Notes: generated by a model from the sequence alone, not told the origin. A stretch of DNA of 42,218 bases from Octopus bimaculoides (GCF_001194135.2 NC_068983.1:29870112-29912329), one strand, 5' to 3'; positions 11,901 to 24,045 are shown, numbered from the stretch's first letter. Numbers and translations are program-made.

Positions 11901-12636
11901 TGAAAAGAAGCCAGATGTGTGTGCCTTTGTGTTTGTTTTCACTCACTTATATGAAAGTTACAAATGTCCAAGTGGTGTTTTTATTGGCATGTCTTGTGTC
12001 ATTAACTAGTCCACTCACTTTGTACCTTTGAAGCTATGTGAAAAACAGTTAAAGGTTAGAGTCTGGATGAGCATCAAGCTGTAAAACAATACCTCTATAA
12101 CATATTTGTCGAACCTTTGCCGGCATGGTAAAGCAAAGGTGTGTGTGTGAATGCTTATCTTCTATACTTATTGCCACTTGAGTGAAGCAGTGGTGATATT
12201 GACATTCCCTGTTGACATTATGACTGATGCCTCTGTTTTTGAAGATCTGTGTATGTTCATGTGTGCATATCAGGAATGCTTGTTAAACAAATGAAAATGA
12301 AGAGAAAGAAAAATTGCATGAGTACTCTGTGACATTGTAGCTATATCAATTTAGTAAAATGTCAAGGAGCCAGAGTCATGAGTTTATATTGAAATATTCA
12401 AAATTAAGTGTTTGCAATTATATACACATATAAGTGGAAGAAAGAGTACTTGAAAGTTATATCGGAGGGCAAGATGTCCAGTTTATTTAGCCAAAAATAG
12501 GGGTGAGAATAAGATGCTTGCTAAGATCCTCTTCCATGATAATAAGAGTTAGGAAATGTTGCAGATTTCAAAGAATTTGTATGAATCAAAATATCAGTGA
12601 AGAGAATTGCGTCTGGAATAGCAGTGTACTTACCTT

Positions 12637-13117
12637 TCAGTGTCTGAAAAGGTGTTGGTATTCTGTATATCATAGCAGCAACATTTGACTGACATGCAGT
12701 GATTGGACACTTCCCACTGACAATTTCCAATAGAATGAAATCACATGATATGGGAATTCCAGCACCCATGAGAACCGTTTCTTGTCTGCTACAATCTGTG
12801 TGTGCTTTTAAGCACCAAGTACCTATATAAAAGGATCTCTGAATGTTGATAATGCAGTATTTGGGCTTCTAACAAAACATTTATGTCAAGTTGGACTATA
12901 AAGATTACCTTTTGGTATTAATACTGCTTCCATCGCTAATACTCTTTTACTTGTTTCAGTCATTTGACTGTAGCCATGCTGGAGTACTGCCTTTAGTCGA
13001 GCAAATCGCCCCAGTACTTATTCTATCGGTCTCTTTTTGCCAAACCGCTATGTTAGGGGACATAAACACACCAGCATCAGTTGTCAAGCGATGGTGGGGG
13101 GACACACACATACATAC

Positions 13118-13154
<37 letters not shown>

Positions 13155-13738
13155 NNNNNNNNNNNNNNNNNNNNNNNNNNNNNNNNNNNNNNNNNNNNNN
13201 NNNNNNNNNNNNNNNNNNNNNNNNNNNNNNNNNNNNNNNNNNNNNNNNNNNNNNNNNNNNNNNNNNNNNNATATATACGACGGGCTTCTTTCAGTTTCCG
13301 TCTACCAAATCCACTCACAAGGCTTTGGTCGGCCCGAGGCTATAGTAGAAGACACTTGCCCAAGGAGCCACGCAGTGGGACTGAACATGGATCCATGTGG
13401 TTGGTAAGCAAGCTACTTACCACACAAGCCTGCTGCCTATATGCATCATCAGTGTCTGAAAAGATGCTGATATTCTGTATATCATCGCAGCAAGATTTGA
13501 CTGGCATGCCGTAACCGGATACTTCTCACTGATGATTTCCAGTAGAATGAAATCATCATGTGATATAGGAATTCCAGCACCCATGACAGTCGACCCTTGT
13601 GCACTTTTATGCACCAAGCACCTATATGAGAGGATCTCTCAAGGCTAATAATGCAGTATTTGGTCTTCTAATAAGACATTCATGTTAAGTTGAGTGTAAA
13701 AGTTACCTTTTGGTATTAATATTGCTTCCATCGCTAAT
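12637..13738. repeat. ~300-bp direct duplication (12637-12940 and 13449-13738) separated by a SINE
   Basis: Both copies begin TCAGTGTCTGAAAAG and end TGCTTCCATCGCTAAT; roughly 80% identical by eye, with one 3-nt and one 16-nt net indel. Confidence 0.85.
12941..13440 (-). mobile_element. SINE family A, full-length (internal TA tract gapped)
   Basis: Tail ACTCTTTTACTTGTTTCAGTC at left, tRNA-like head at right; high similarity to other family A copies. Confidence 0.88.
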
Positions 13739-13899
13739 AATTAATGTATGTGTGTGTGTGATAAAAATTTACAAACCTTGAGAAGTGTAAAATGATTTGT
13801 TTTTAATGGTAGAATTCAAAGTAGTTAAAGCTATAAAAATATAGCACTTAAATAGTGTGTGTATGTGTGTCACTTATATAAAATGGTGAGAAAACGATC

Positions 13900-14720
13900 A
13901 AATTTTCCTTTATGAGTGAAGTCTTTTGAGGTATTTTATTCACTATCAAGTTACACACTTGTCACTTTGCCGCAGTGAACTAGTGATTGGGCTATTTAAA
14001 CCTGTAACCTAGAATGGTATTCACCAATTGTGATATGAAATAAATATGCACTCCATCTGGTGTACACTGTATGAACTATGTATGCACAAGAAGTGTACTG
14101 GGTTCACAGGCTGGCTGACAATGAAGGCTTTGTATGTGACAAGTACAAGAGCAATTAAGAGTCAGAATGCTAGTAAAATAACTTCTGTTTAGTTGTTTGG
14201 AATGCTCTAAAGAAGTTGATGATAGTTCCTGTAACCTAGACAGTTTAATCAGCTATGGAGAAGTGTGCTCTAAAGCAAAGAAGCTAGAATAAGGATCAGG
14301 TAGAAAACATTCAGGGTTTTACCTCTGCTGGCAACTAAAGGGTTCTCTCTTCAAGTAAAAGGTAAATAGTGTGTTGCTTGTATGTGAAATGAACTGCTGC
14401 AAGATATTGAGATATGATCACTGAATGCAATGGCTGGAGAGGGACGAAACAAGCATGCTCTACTGGATATGTGTGGTGTTAGTATGCAAGAACAATATAG
14501 AGAAAATCTTTTGAAAGGGTTCACACTGTGTCACCTAGTAGCTACTGAGAAAATTAGTTGTATATGGGTTTTTATGTTTAAGAGTGTTGTAATCAGGATC
14601 AGGATTGGCAACAAGGTCAATAAAGAATTTAATGTACAGATAAATTGAGGTTCACTAAGTTTCTAGCTTCAGGATCGAATATATTTGAAGTGTTGTGCAT
14701 AGAGCTATAGAACCAATTTC
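13900..14720 (+). mobile_element. Highly decayed RTE-clade LINE fragment (RT C-terminal region)
   Basis: Interrupted translation gives WCTL...HKKCTG, LATKGFSLQVKGK, LERDETSMLYWICGVS, resembling the RTE C-terminal region. Confidence 0.55.
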
Positions 14721-15459
14721 AAACTTGGCCAAATCGCCTGAAATTTCAATGGTTTGAAGACCAGTGTATGAGTGAGCAGTTGTTACTGGTGTTGTTCAGT
14801 CCTGATTAAGCACACCTATGAACAAAGGTTTACCAGTTATGATCTGCCTATCTCTTAAAGTCTATGTAGAATTCCATTATCTAAAGTATCCTGTCCTGTT
14901 ATAAGATGTGATTTGAGGGAGATTTGGCTGCTATTTCTTGCAGGTGGAGCAATCATGTAATGGCCTCCTTATTGGGTGATGGCAAAGAGCAATGTTGTCA
15001 TTGGTAACAGCACAAAATCCAGTGTTATTTGAAGTGTGGCTTTGGTTGATATATATAAGACTATACTGTATTCACTGCAAGCAAGAGTTATACAAAATTT
15101 GTCATGGAATCTTGAATAGAGCAACCAAAGCTTCAGATGCACAGAAGTATTTCATAGTAGAAGTACCTTTGAAACATCAAGTCTGTGAACTGATCAAAAT
15201 GTTGGAGGTTGATATAATGAAAATATAGTAACTGAAATGTGAAAAATGGAAGGGAAGATTTTGGGAACTATTGGCAACAAAATGTTTCTCATTTCATGCT
15301 CAGAATAGTGCGTATAAACCGTATGGCAATGATATGGTATGAAAAGTAGAAGGTCAATCAAAGCTGAATAGAAACGGGTATTATTCAGCATGTTGTGTTA
15401 CCTTATAAAGATTGGGTGTATGTGAGAGGAGTGAGCAACTGAGTGTTGAGGACATTGGC

Positions 15460-15495
15460 TGATCTAGACACACCTGCACAGGTGTGTCTAGATCA
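15460..15495. repeat. Perfect palindrome, 17-bp arms, 2-nt spacer
   Basis: TGATCTAGACACACCTG-CA-CAGGTGTGTCTAGATCA. Confidence 0.95.
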
Positions 15496-15624
15496 TTTGT
15501 TCTTAGTGTATGGAAATTTATCTGTAACCCTCCATTATGTTTTCAGGAATAGTGAACATCAGACTATGTTATTCAGTGTATATTCCCCACTCCTTGACAA
15601 CAGTACAGTGTGATTTGTTTGAGA

Positions 15625-15669
<45 letters not shown>

Positions 15670-16124
15670 GAATAATATATAAATATATGCATATATCCAT
15701 ACATATATGTACATACCTACATCTATATGTATACGTACATGCATATATGGGTACAGGACATAAAAAAAAACGTTAAACACAATGAGAAATGAAAACAAAA
15801 AACAAACTTTTTTTTTGAACAACAAAAAAAAACAAACAGAAAAACGAGACATGCAACATAAAGAGTATACCCCTTCATCAGTTGTCCCTGTTCCATCTAC
15901 TCCGCGTTTCGAAGGCAATACACACACACACACACACACATACAAGGGAGATGTAGATAGATTGAGAGACTGAAAAATATGCTGTTGCTAGAAGATATAC
16001 TTCTTTAAATTTTTGGTTTCAATATTCAATATTATGATAGGTAATATCATATATCCACAGAGGTATTCTATCCATAACTATTCAGTCAATATATCATTTA
16101 ATATATACAATTTATATGACTTTT

Positions 16125-16585
16125 AGGCACATTGCATGACTGTGTGGTTTAGAGGTTCACCTCCAAACAACATAGTTTCAAATTCTGTCCCACTGCATGA
16201 CATGTTGGACTAATGTCTTTTACTATAGCTCTGGGCCAACCAAGGCCTTGTGGGTGGATTTGATAAATGGAAACTGAAAGAAGCCCTTTCTGTGTATATG
16301 TATTATTCTTTTATTTGTTTCAGTCATTTGACTGCATCCATGCTGGACTTATTCTTTGTAAGCCTAGTACTTATTCTATCAGTATCCTTTGCATCTCACA
16401 GGGACATAAACACACCAACATCATCTGTCAAGCAATGGTGTGGGGACAAACACAGACACAAAGACACATGCACATAAATATATATAGATATATATAACAA
16501 GCTTCTTTCAGTTTCCATCTACCATTTCCACTCACAAGGCTTTGGTTGACCTGAAGCTAAAGTGGAAGATACTTGCCCAAGGTCA
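16125..16585. mobile_element. Two family A SINEs in inverted orientation: + head 16125-16295 and - copy 16300-16585
   Basis: CCAAGGCCTTGTGGGTGGATTTG...GGAAACTGAAAGAAGC (16220-16283) is complementary to GCTTCTTTCAGTTTCC...CCACTCACAAGGCTTTGG (16501-16545). Confidence 0.75.
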
Positions 16586-17593
16586 CACACACATACATAT
16601 ATATACCTGTGTGTGTGTAAGTGAGTTTGTATTTCCCTTTTTTTTTTTTATAGTTGGTTGTAAACAGCGGCTAAACTAATGGTGTTATTTACTTGCAGTT
16701 CTGTATAATAGCATGTCCAGAATAAATACAGTAATTGGAAATATACTTAGGGATATGATAATTGAAATATTTTAATGCTTAGTTTTATTATCATTATAAT
16801 AAAACTTCTGCTTTCTATGCTGGCATGGGTTAGATAGTCATTATTGCACTTCTAGATGAGTCTGAACACTGCATCTCACTTGTAAGTTTAATTTTTGATT
16901 CAGTTTTTATGGTTGGATGCCAACACCAACATCTTTACAGAGTACTGGGTGCTTTTTTTTTTTTTTTTTTTTTTTTTTTTGTGACACCAGTACTAGGGAG
17001 GTTGTCATGTCTTTGAGAAGATTAAACAGACCAGGTCCAACACTTAACAGAGTTCACAGTAGTGGTAAAAGCGGGTGGATTTTATCAATGTAATAACATT
17101 AGATAGGATAGGGGTGATGGCAAGATGGATAGCAAAAGATCAATGAATGGTAAGGACAAATAATTGACTTCTGTACCAAATGGCTAAGTGGGGAGTATAA
17201 GTAGAGTGTGTGAGGTATATACATATCTGGTGAGGGCTCTTAAAACATATGTCTCAAGATGGGTAATAAAACTGTGAGAGGTGGGTGGAGTGTTGGTGAG
17301 AAGGTCAGACAGGTGCAGTGACATCCTCAGTTGCACTGGAAGCTGAGTATGATGAGCAGAAGAGATCCACTGCTATCCTTAGTCACACTGGCAGACTGCT
17401 GCAGTGAGATTGAAAAGAGGAGGGTGGGAAGAAGAGATGAACAATATGGACGTGAGTATGAGAGATGAGGGTATGGATGATAAACAGATGAGTGATAAAA
17501 GTGTGGGATATATAGAAGACTGGTGAGCAATAAGATACTTGTTTGAGAAATGAGAGTGCATCAAAGAAGTTAATAACATGTGCATATATATAT

Positions 17594-17741
17594 AGTGGTT
17601 GGCGTTAGGAAGGGCATCCAGCTGTAGAAATTCTGCCAAATCAGATTGGAGCCTGGTGTAGCCATCTGGTTTCACCAGTCCTCAGTCAAATCGTCCAACC
17701 CATGCTAGCATGGAAAGCGGACGTTAAATGATGATGATGAT
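17594..17741 (+). mobile_element. SINE family B, 3' end
   Basis: Near-identical to 155-310; (GAT)n tail. Confidence 0.85.
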
Positions 17742-17769
17742 ACCTAGTGATACATGGCTGCATATGCAT

Positions 17770-18135
17770 ACATATGTACACACTAACAATTTTGATGTCC
17801 ATTTTACCAAGCTTGGATGGACAAACCAGTCTTTTCCTATTCAGCATGTAGTCCTTTGTCATCTCCTTTGTAAGATGCAACAACTTCAGATCCATCTTCA
17901 CCACTTCTTCACAAATCTTTCTTGATCTCTCTCTTCTGTGAGTACCATTCATTTTGGGTACCTAGCACTTCTTTATACACCTGTCATCCTCCATTACACA
18001 TCACATACTCATACGCATGCAGTCCTTTCTCTTGTATACCACGTCTGATTCCTCTTATGTTCAGTTTTTCTCTCTGTTCATGCACAGTATTATTACACAT
18101 CTAGCAAAGCATAATCGTGAAGTGATCATGCTTTC
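17770..18135 (-). mobile_element. Decayed RTE LINE 3' end
   Basis: Translation REKLNIRGIRRGIQEK...KKC...GTHRRERSRKICEEVVKMDLKLLHLTKEMTKD resembles the RTE C-terminus (RGRPRKTW.EVV..DL); followed by a tail similar to SINE B. Confidence 0.65.
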
Positions 18136-19486
18136 TAGTCTGTAAATCTGCATTCAAGACCAAATTTCACTACCATGTCTAAAAAAAAATATTCATTTTT
18201 ATGTTGTGAATGTGTACATTTACATATGTATGTATGTATGTATATAGATAGCATCATAATTTTTTTACATGCGCTTTCTATACTAGCATGAGTTGAACAG
18301 ATCATCACAGGTGAAGACAATTCTTATTTATAGTTACTATCATCCTTGATGGAGAGTGGGGAAGTGGGGACCTTGTCTTGCTTGCTCATTCCTTTTTGTT
18401 TTTCTATTTTTATTTTCTTTGAAATGTACTTGGTAAATTTTATTTTATTGTGGTATCACAACTAGAGGTTTTGTCCCCAGCAACACTCCTCTCTTCCCTG
18501 TATTGTCTCTGTCACAGTACCAGAGAGTTGTCTTGTCCTCACCAAAATGAGAATCCATCTCAAAGTGTTGTGTTTGTATAGTTGTTCTTTTCTTTCTCAA
18601 TCAACTACTGAATACAAAGAGAACCTTTCAGTCCATGTTACTTATAGTTTCAAAGATATTCATAGTAGTTGAACACCTATCATCAAGCATATCTGATTCA
18701 TGCCACCTGTTTTACTTAACAAAATTATTTGTTTGGAGCACAAAAAGCAGGGCTATTTGAAGTGGAGTCAGAAGAGCAATTGGCAATAGCAGAGGTGAAC
18801 AAAGATAAGAGGAAGTGATAAGATAAAGGCAAGAGCAGATGAGGAGTGGTAATTGAGGTGCTCCAGAGGAGTGGGGTTGCTAACTGTCAGTGCAACAAGA
18901 AGTTAAAGTGTATTTAGTAGGAGAATGACAGTGGACTCATATATATAAGCCTGGTAAAAGGTGAAGGAACAAAGTGATAAGGATAATGCAATCAACACAT
19001 GCTGAGGAGATGGAGATAGAAGGTTGTGAGTGAATGAGGATGAGGATAAAAGGAGGGGATGAGCAGTAGGTAGATGAGGAGATTCAAGCATTTAAGGTGA
19101 AGGAGTTGCAAATGTACACTTGGTTGTGTACAATATTTGAGATTCTGTCTTCTTCAGCAGTGAGGATGCTTCTGTGTTGATTCTTGATCAGCTTGAAATC
19201 TCAGTCTACCATCTCAACAATGATGTACTTCTTGAATCATCTGAATATGGTTCTAGATGCACTTGTCTGAAAATAAGAAAAGATGGTCGTGAGTCATGGT
19301 TGAAAATCCTTGGATCATTGATCTATTTTGCTCTTTATGTTCTGGTTCTTTAAAAAAAGAATTGAAAGCAAGATAATATTCTTTTACTCCATTTGGCTTA
19401 ATTAGTTAAAAGAAGGCATGGAGGGGAATTAATAGACAAATCCAAATACCCAGTGTTCAGTAATGCAACAGTGCTAATATTATTAA

Positions 19487-19858
19487 TAACAAGAGCAATC
19501 GGAGAGCACAAACCTGTGCCAAGGCAAAACCAATGTCCTCTCAATGATTAACCACAGATGATTTTTAAAATGAGAATATCTGAAATGAACTCGACTGCTC
19601 TCACAAACAAGAGTACTAAAAATAAACCCGACTGCTCTCAAAAATTAAGTAAAAAAAACATGCAAAATAATCCAGAATCCTTGTCCGGTACCGGATCAAT
19701 CCCAAAATCTAATCAGTTTATGCCAGTCACGAGACCAAACATCTCTGTAAGTTTCATCCAAATCCACTCAGCAGTTCTTGAGATATCTTGTCCACGGATA
19801 AACAAACAAACACCACTGAAAACAATACCTCCACCTTAGTGAAGGCAGAGGTAATAAT
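19487..19858 (+). mobile_element. Helentron-associated non-autonomous element (HINE/DINE-1-like)
   Basis: 5' AACAAGAGC...AAACCTGTGCCAAGG subterminal motif; (AAAC)n near the 3' end; 3' stem-loop TACCTCCACCTT-AGTG-AAGGCAGAGGTA (19826-19853) whose mismatches are explained by CpG decay. Confidence 0.6.
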
Positions 19859-20790
19859 GATTTCCTGTATTAGCAGCTGGCTGCAAATTTATATGGTAGG
19901 GGTCTCCAGTATCTTACTGGAATTTATTTTATAGGCACTGGAGAGAGGAAAGGCCTAGTTGACTTAGGGTTTGAACCCAGAACCTACACTGAAAACCACA
20001 AGGCATTTATAATATATAATAATATCCTTGGTTTGTTATCCTGGTACAAACTATCATATTCAATCTGTCTATAACCATACTAACTTAAAAGGAAAGAACA
20101 AACAAAAGAAACATGAACTCCACAAGCTGCAAGCAGGCAATCTATCTAGGAGAATAGTTAACTCTGAAAAAAATCTTATACAGAATAGAGTGGGGTCTTT
20201 TAGTAGTTCTGTAGCAGATAAGCTCTCTAGTATTGGTGGCTAGATAAATGCACTTAGTAAATGCTGTAAAGTGTTTAATGAGAGAAAAGTCATCTGTTAA
20301 AAAACACACCACAAAAGAAAAAATAATAATAGGCATGATATACACTCAATAACAAAAACCATCAGCTTTCTGTGTCTTTATGTGTACTGATTGGCCATGA
20401 CAAGTGGTAAGACACTAAGACTCATTCAACCCATGCCAGCATGAAAAAATGAGCAGAAAATGATGTGATGTGATGATGATGACTATCACCTTCATATCTT
20501 TATTCATTAACTGAAATCTTTGGTATTTCTTTGTCTACCATCAGAGACAATACTTTCCTGTACAATCCTAGTTGTTGTTTAGCTCCTGGTGTGCCTAGAT
20601 CAAGCAGATCCATAATCCAAGGCATTATAACTGACCATCTCTATACAATGACCAATGTAAGTTAGGGTGTGACTTGGAGAAACTATGACTGCTATTTCTA
20701 GCAGTAGCCTTGTGGTCTCAGTTTAAAGCAGAATGGTTGGCATGAAGAAGTGTGTGTGTGTTGACATTGAAAAATCTGCTTCATAAACAC

Positions 20791-21000
20791 GAGCTGGCAG
20801 AAATGTTAGCACACCCGGCAAACTGCTTAGCAGCATTTCATCCATCTTTCTGTTCTGAGTTCTAATTACACCAAAGTCAGTTTTGCCTTTCATCCTTTCA
20901 GGTTCATTAAAATAAGTACCAGTTGAGCACTGGGGTTGATGTAATCAACTTACCCCCTCCCCTAAAATTGCTGGCCCTGTGCCAAAATGTGAAACTATTA
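20791..21000 (+). mobile_element. SINE family C
   Basis: GAGCTGGCAGAAATGTTAGC head; same body as 11666; further decayed copies at ~23108-23335, 23343-23560, 29905-30028, 33609-33830 and 36250-36435(-). Confidence 0.8.
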
Positions 21001-21539
21001 AGTTAATGTTAACATATTTAATGCAGTATTAAGAAAAACTAACAAAATAATTATGCTGTCAATGATTTTTTTTTTTTTTTTTTTTTTTTGATGATGTATT
21101 TTGGTCTGAAATTATATGTTGAAGCCTTTATTATATTTCGAGAGGGTCATACTGCCAAGAAACACACCACTGTCATTGTGGTTCACTCGGTTTGAGTTAT
21201 CATCATTGAACATCCTCATCTCCATGCTTGCATGGGTCACACAAAATTTGTTGAGACAGATTTTCTACAGCTGGATACCCTTCCTGTTGCCAACCCTCAC
21301 CTGTCTCCCAAGTAAGGTAAAATTTCCCCTTGGCCAGACATGTTTTTTGTAGAAGACTAGAAAAAAAAACATCACTTGTATGATGGTGATGCTTGTTTAC
21401 AACCATCAGGTGATCTCAAAAGCAAGGTGCATACACATGATAGGCTTGTTCCAGTTTCGCTCTACCAAAGATACTTTACAAGCTACTTTGGTCAGCTTGG
21501 GACTACAGTCTGCTCTTGGAATTAACTTGCAAGTGGCTG

Positions 21540-21762
21540 AGCCCTCTACAGACACACATACTTTTAATGTAGGTCTCAAGGAGATTCAACATGACACACA
21601 ATGTGACATGGCTGGCCCTTTGAAATACAGATACAACTCATTTTTCACAGCTGAGTGGACTGGAGCAAAGTGAAATGAAGTGTCTTGCTCAAGGACACAG
21701 CCGCCAGGAATCAAACTCATGACCTTACGATTGTGAGCCAGATATCCCTAACCACTAAGGCA
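21540..21762 (-). mobile_element. tRNA-headed SINE family E
   Basis: Reverse complement: TAGTGGTTAGG (A box)...GAGTTTGATTCC (B box)...CTTGAGCAAGACACTT...TTGCTCCAGTCCACTCAGCTG, resembling the conserved central domains of metazoan SINE superfamilies. Confidence 0.65.
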
Positions 21763-22864
21763 CTTTGGTCAGCTTAGGACTATAGTAAAAGACACTTACC
21801 TAAGTTGCTCACCGTAGGATTGAACACAAGATCACATGGTTTGAAAGCATGTTCTTAACCACTCAGCCCATGCAAAAATTTTTCATCACACATTGAAATG
21901 GTCACAGTTATGTATGATGAAGAATTTTTGATACTGTAACTAAAACTGAAGTGAATCTCAACCAATGAGTGTGTTTTGACTGTATGATGCCCCATCCCCC
22001 CAAAAAACATAACTATTTTTATATTTTAACAAATGTAATAATGTCAAACTTATTAGAACCTCATCAGTCAAACATAAATTTCACCATCTTTGCAAATGAA
22101 AGAATCACCGAGTTAATGTACAAGATAGTATATAGGCTAGCAAAGTAAAATGTATAATTTTATGGCAACTCAGAGGCACCATCTGCATGCATATCAACAG
22201 TTAAGTTGGTGTTAACGTATTTAATGAAGGAAACATTTGAAATTTATTGTTGAATCTTTTGAACTGATGACCAGTTTACTTTCTTTTTTAATGGTTGTTG
22301 TAGTTAGATGTCCTTTCAACCAATACTCACCAATGAGAAAGCTGCTGGAAATAACAGTCAAATCTCCTGTACTCTCAGCACTCTGGAAGGACAACTTGTT
22401 TAATGCAGTCCATGGTCATGTCTGAAACACCTTGATCATACATTTGTTTGCTTGAGGCTAAACAACAATCCATTTGGAAGCAAGCACATGATGTGCACAA
22501 TGTTTAATAAGTTAGTTTATCTTGAGAAAGGCCAGGAGATTTTAGCATTTTGAACAGGTCCCTTCGTCAGAGAAGCAGACCATCATTAAATTTCTTCATG
22601 TTTCACTTTGAAGGGAGAATAGTTCTGTGCCTCTCCCATAGATGTAACACAATGGTTGTTTAAGATTTGAATTTATGTTCCTCTGATGCATCATCTGAGA
22701 CATTTTGGTGTATTGTTGAAAATGAAAGATAATTATTCTCATTAAACAGTCTACATTTGTTTTACCAGACTAGTATGAATTAGTTATTTCTGTAAATTTC
22801 AGACACATGCACCAACACACTTTCTTTTCATAAGCCAGCCTAGCTTCCTAGTGATGTTTTGATG

Positions 22865-22895
<31 letters not shown>

Positions 22896-23605
22896 ATGTG
22901 AAAGACTGTACAATGTATCTAGACATTTAAATGTATGTACATGCTTGTGTATTTTGTTCAGAAGGTAATTAAATCTGTATAGTTATAGAATTTTGTATAT
23001 TTAGCTGTAAAAAATATTTTTTAAATATTTTTATTGAAATTTTATTGCTGCAAATTATATTTTAGGACATTTTGGTTTGAATAGTTGCTTCTGTTATTTA
23101 CTTCAAGGTAGCAAGCTGCAGAATTGTTAGAATTTGAACAAAATGCTGAGTGGCATTTTGTCTGTTTTTCTCTTATTAATTCATATTCAGCTTAGCCTTT
23201 CATCCTTTTGGGGTTAATGAAATAATTATCTGTTGAATACTGGGGTCAATGTAATCAACTAACGCCATCTTCCAAAATTTCAGGTTTGTATTTGTACTTA
23301 TAGTAGAAAGGATTATTGTTATTATTATTTTTATTAAGGACAATGGCTTGGCAGAATCATTAGTGTGTTAGAAGAAATTCCTTTCAGTATTTCAGCTGAA
23401 TCTGTACATTCTCAGTTCAAATCTCATTGAGACTACTTCACTATTCATCCTTTTGGGGTTGATAAAATGCAGTACTGGTCAAGTACTGGGATCAATTTAA
23501 TTAGCTAAGCTCCTTTTCTCAAAAATTGCTAGCCTTGTGCCTAAACTAGAAACAATTATTTTTATTTACTTTTAAAATGTTTTCTTTTTCTTTTTCTTAT
23601 TGCAG

Positions 23606-24045
23606 CCAAAAGTCAAGCCGAGGGCTGTGTGATAAGCATTGACAAACAGTTTATGGTTCCTGTGAAAGGGGCCATCACACTATCTACAATGGACTTCACA
23701 AAGGGCCACACCCAAAGCAAAATAATTGAAATGCTCAACGGACGTAAGGCAGACATCATTCTCAGCGACATGGCCCCAAATACTACAGGAATCCGTTCAA
23801 TGGACCATGATCTTATTATAGAACTTTGTTTTTCTGTTCTTGAATTCTCTCACAGCGTTCTCCAGCAGGATGGTGCACTCCTCTGCAAACTGTGGCAAGG
23901 CCATGAACAAAAGGAATTGGAGAAACGGTTGGGTGAAGTTTTTCAGACTGTTAAAATTGTCAAACCCCAAGCTAGCAGGGGAGATTCAGCAGAAATATTT
24001 CTGCTTGGAAAAGGCTATTCACCAAATAAGACACATATTCGGTGA
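23606..24045 (+). CDS. MRM2: Mitochondrial rRNA methyltransferase 2, last coding exon
   Basis: 440 nt; VISID, ADIILSDMAPNTTG (catalytic D), LLCKLW (K), KPQASRGDSAEIF (E); stop TGA 24043-24045. Joined CDS is 750 nt = 249 aa. Confidence 0.93.

Noticed and set aside
15872-15915. Permuted (type II) hammerhead ribozyme on the minus strand: CCTTC-GAAAC...CTGATGA-AGG
   Set aside because: Core motifs are present but stem I cannot form between the putative cleavage site and CUGAUGA; better explained as the end of a dispersed repeat.
19558-19839. 93-aa ORF
   Set aside because: Lies wholly inside the HINE-like repeat; no recognisable domain or splice context.
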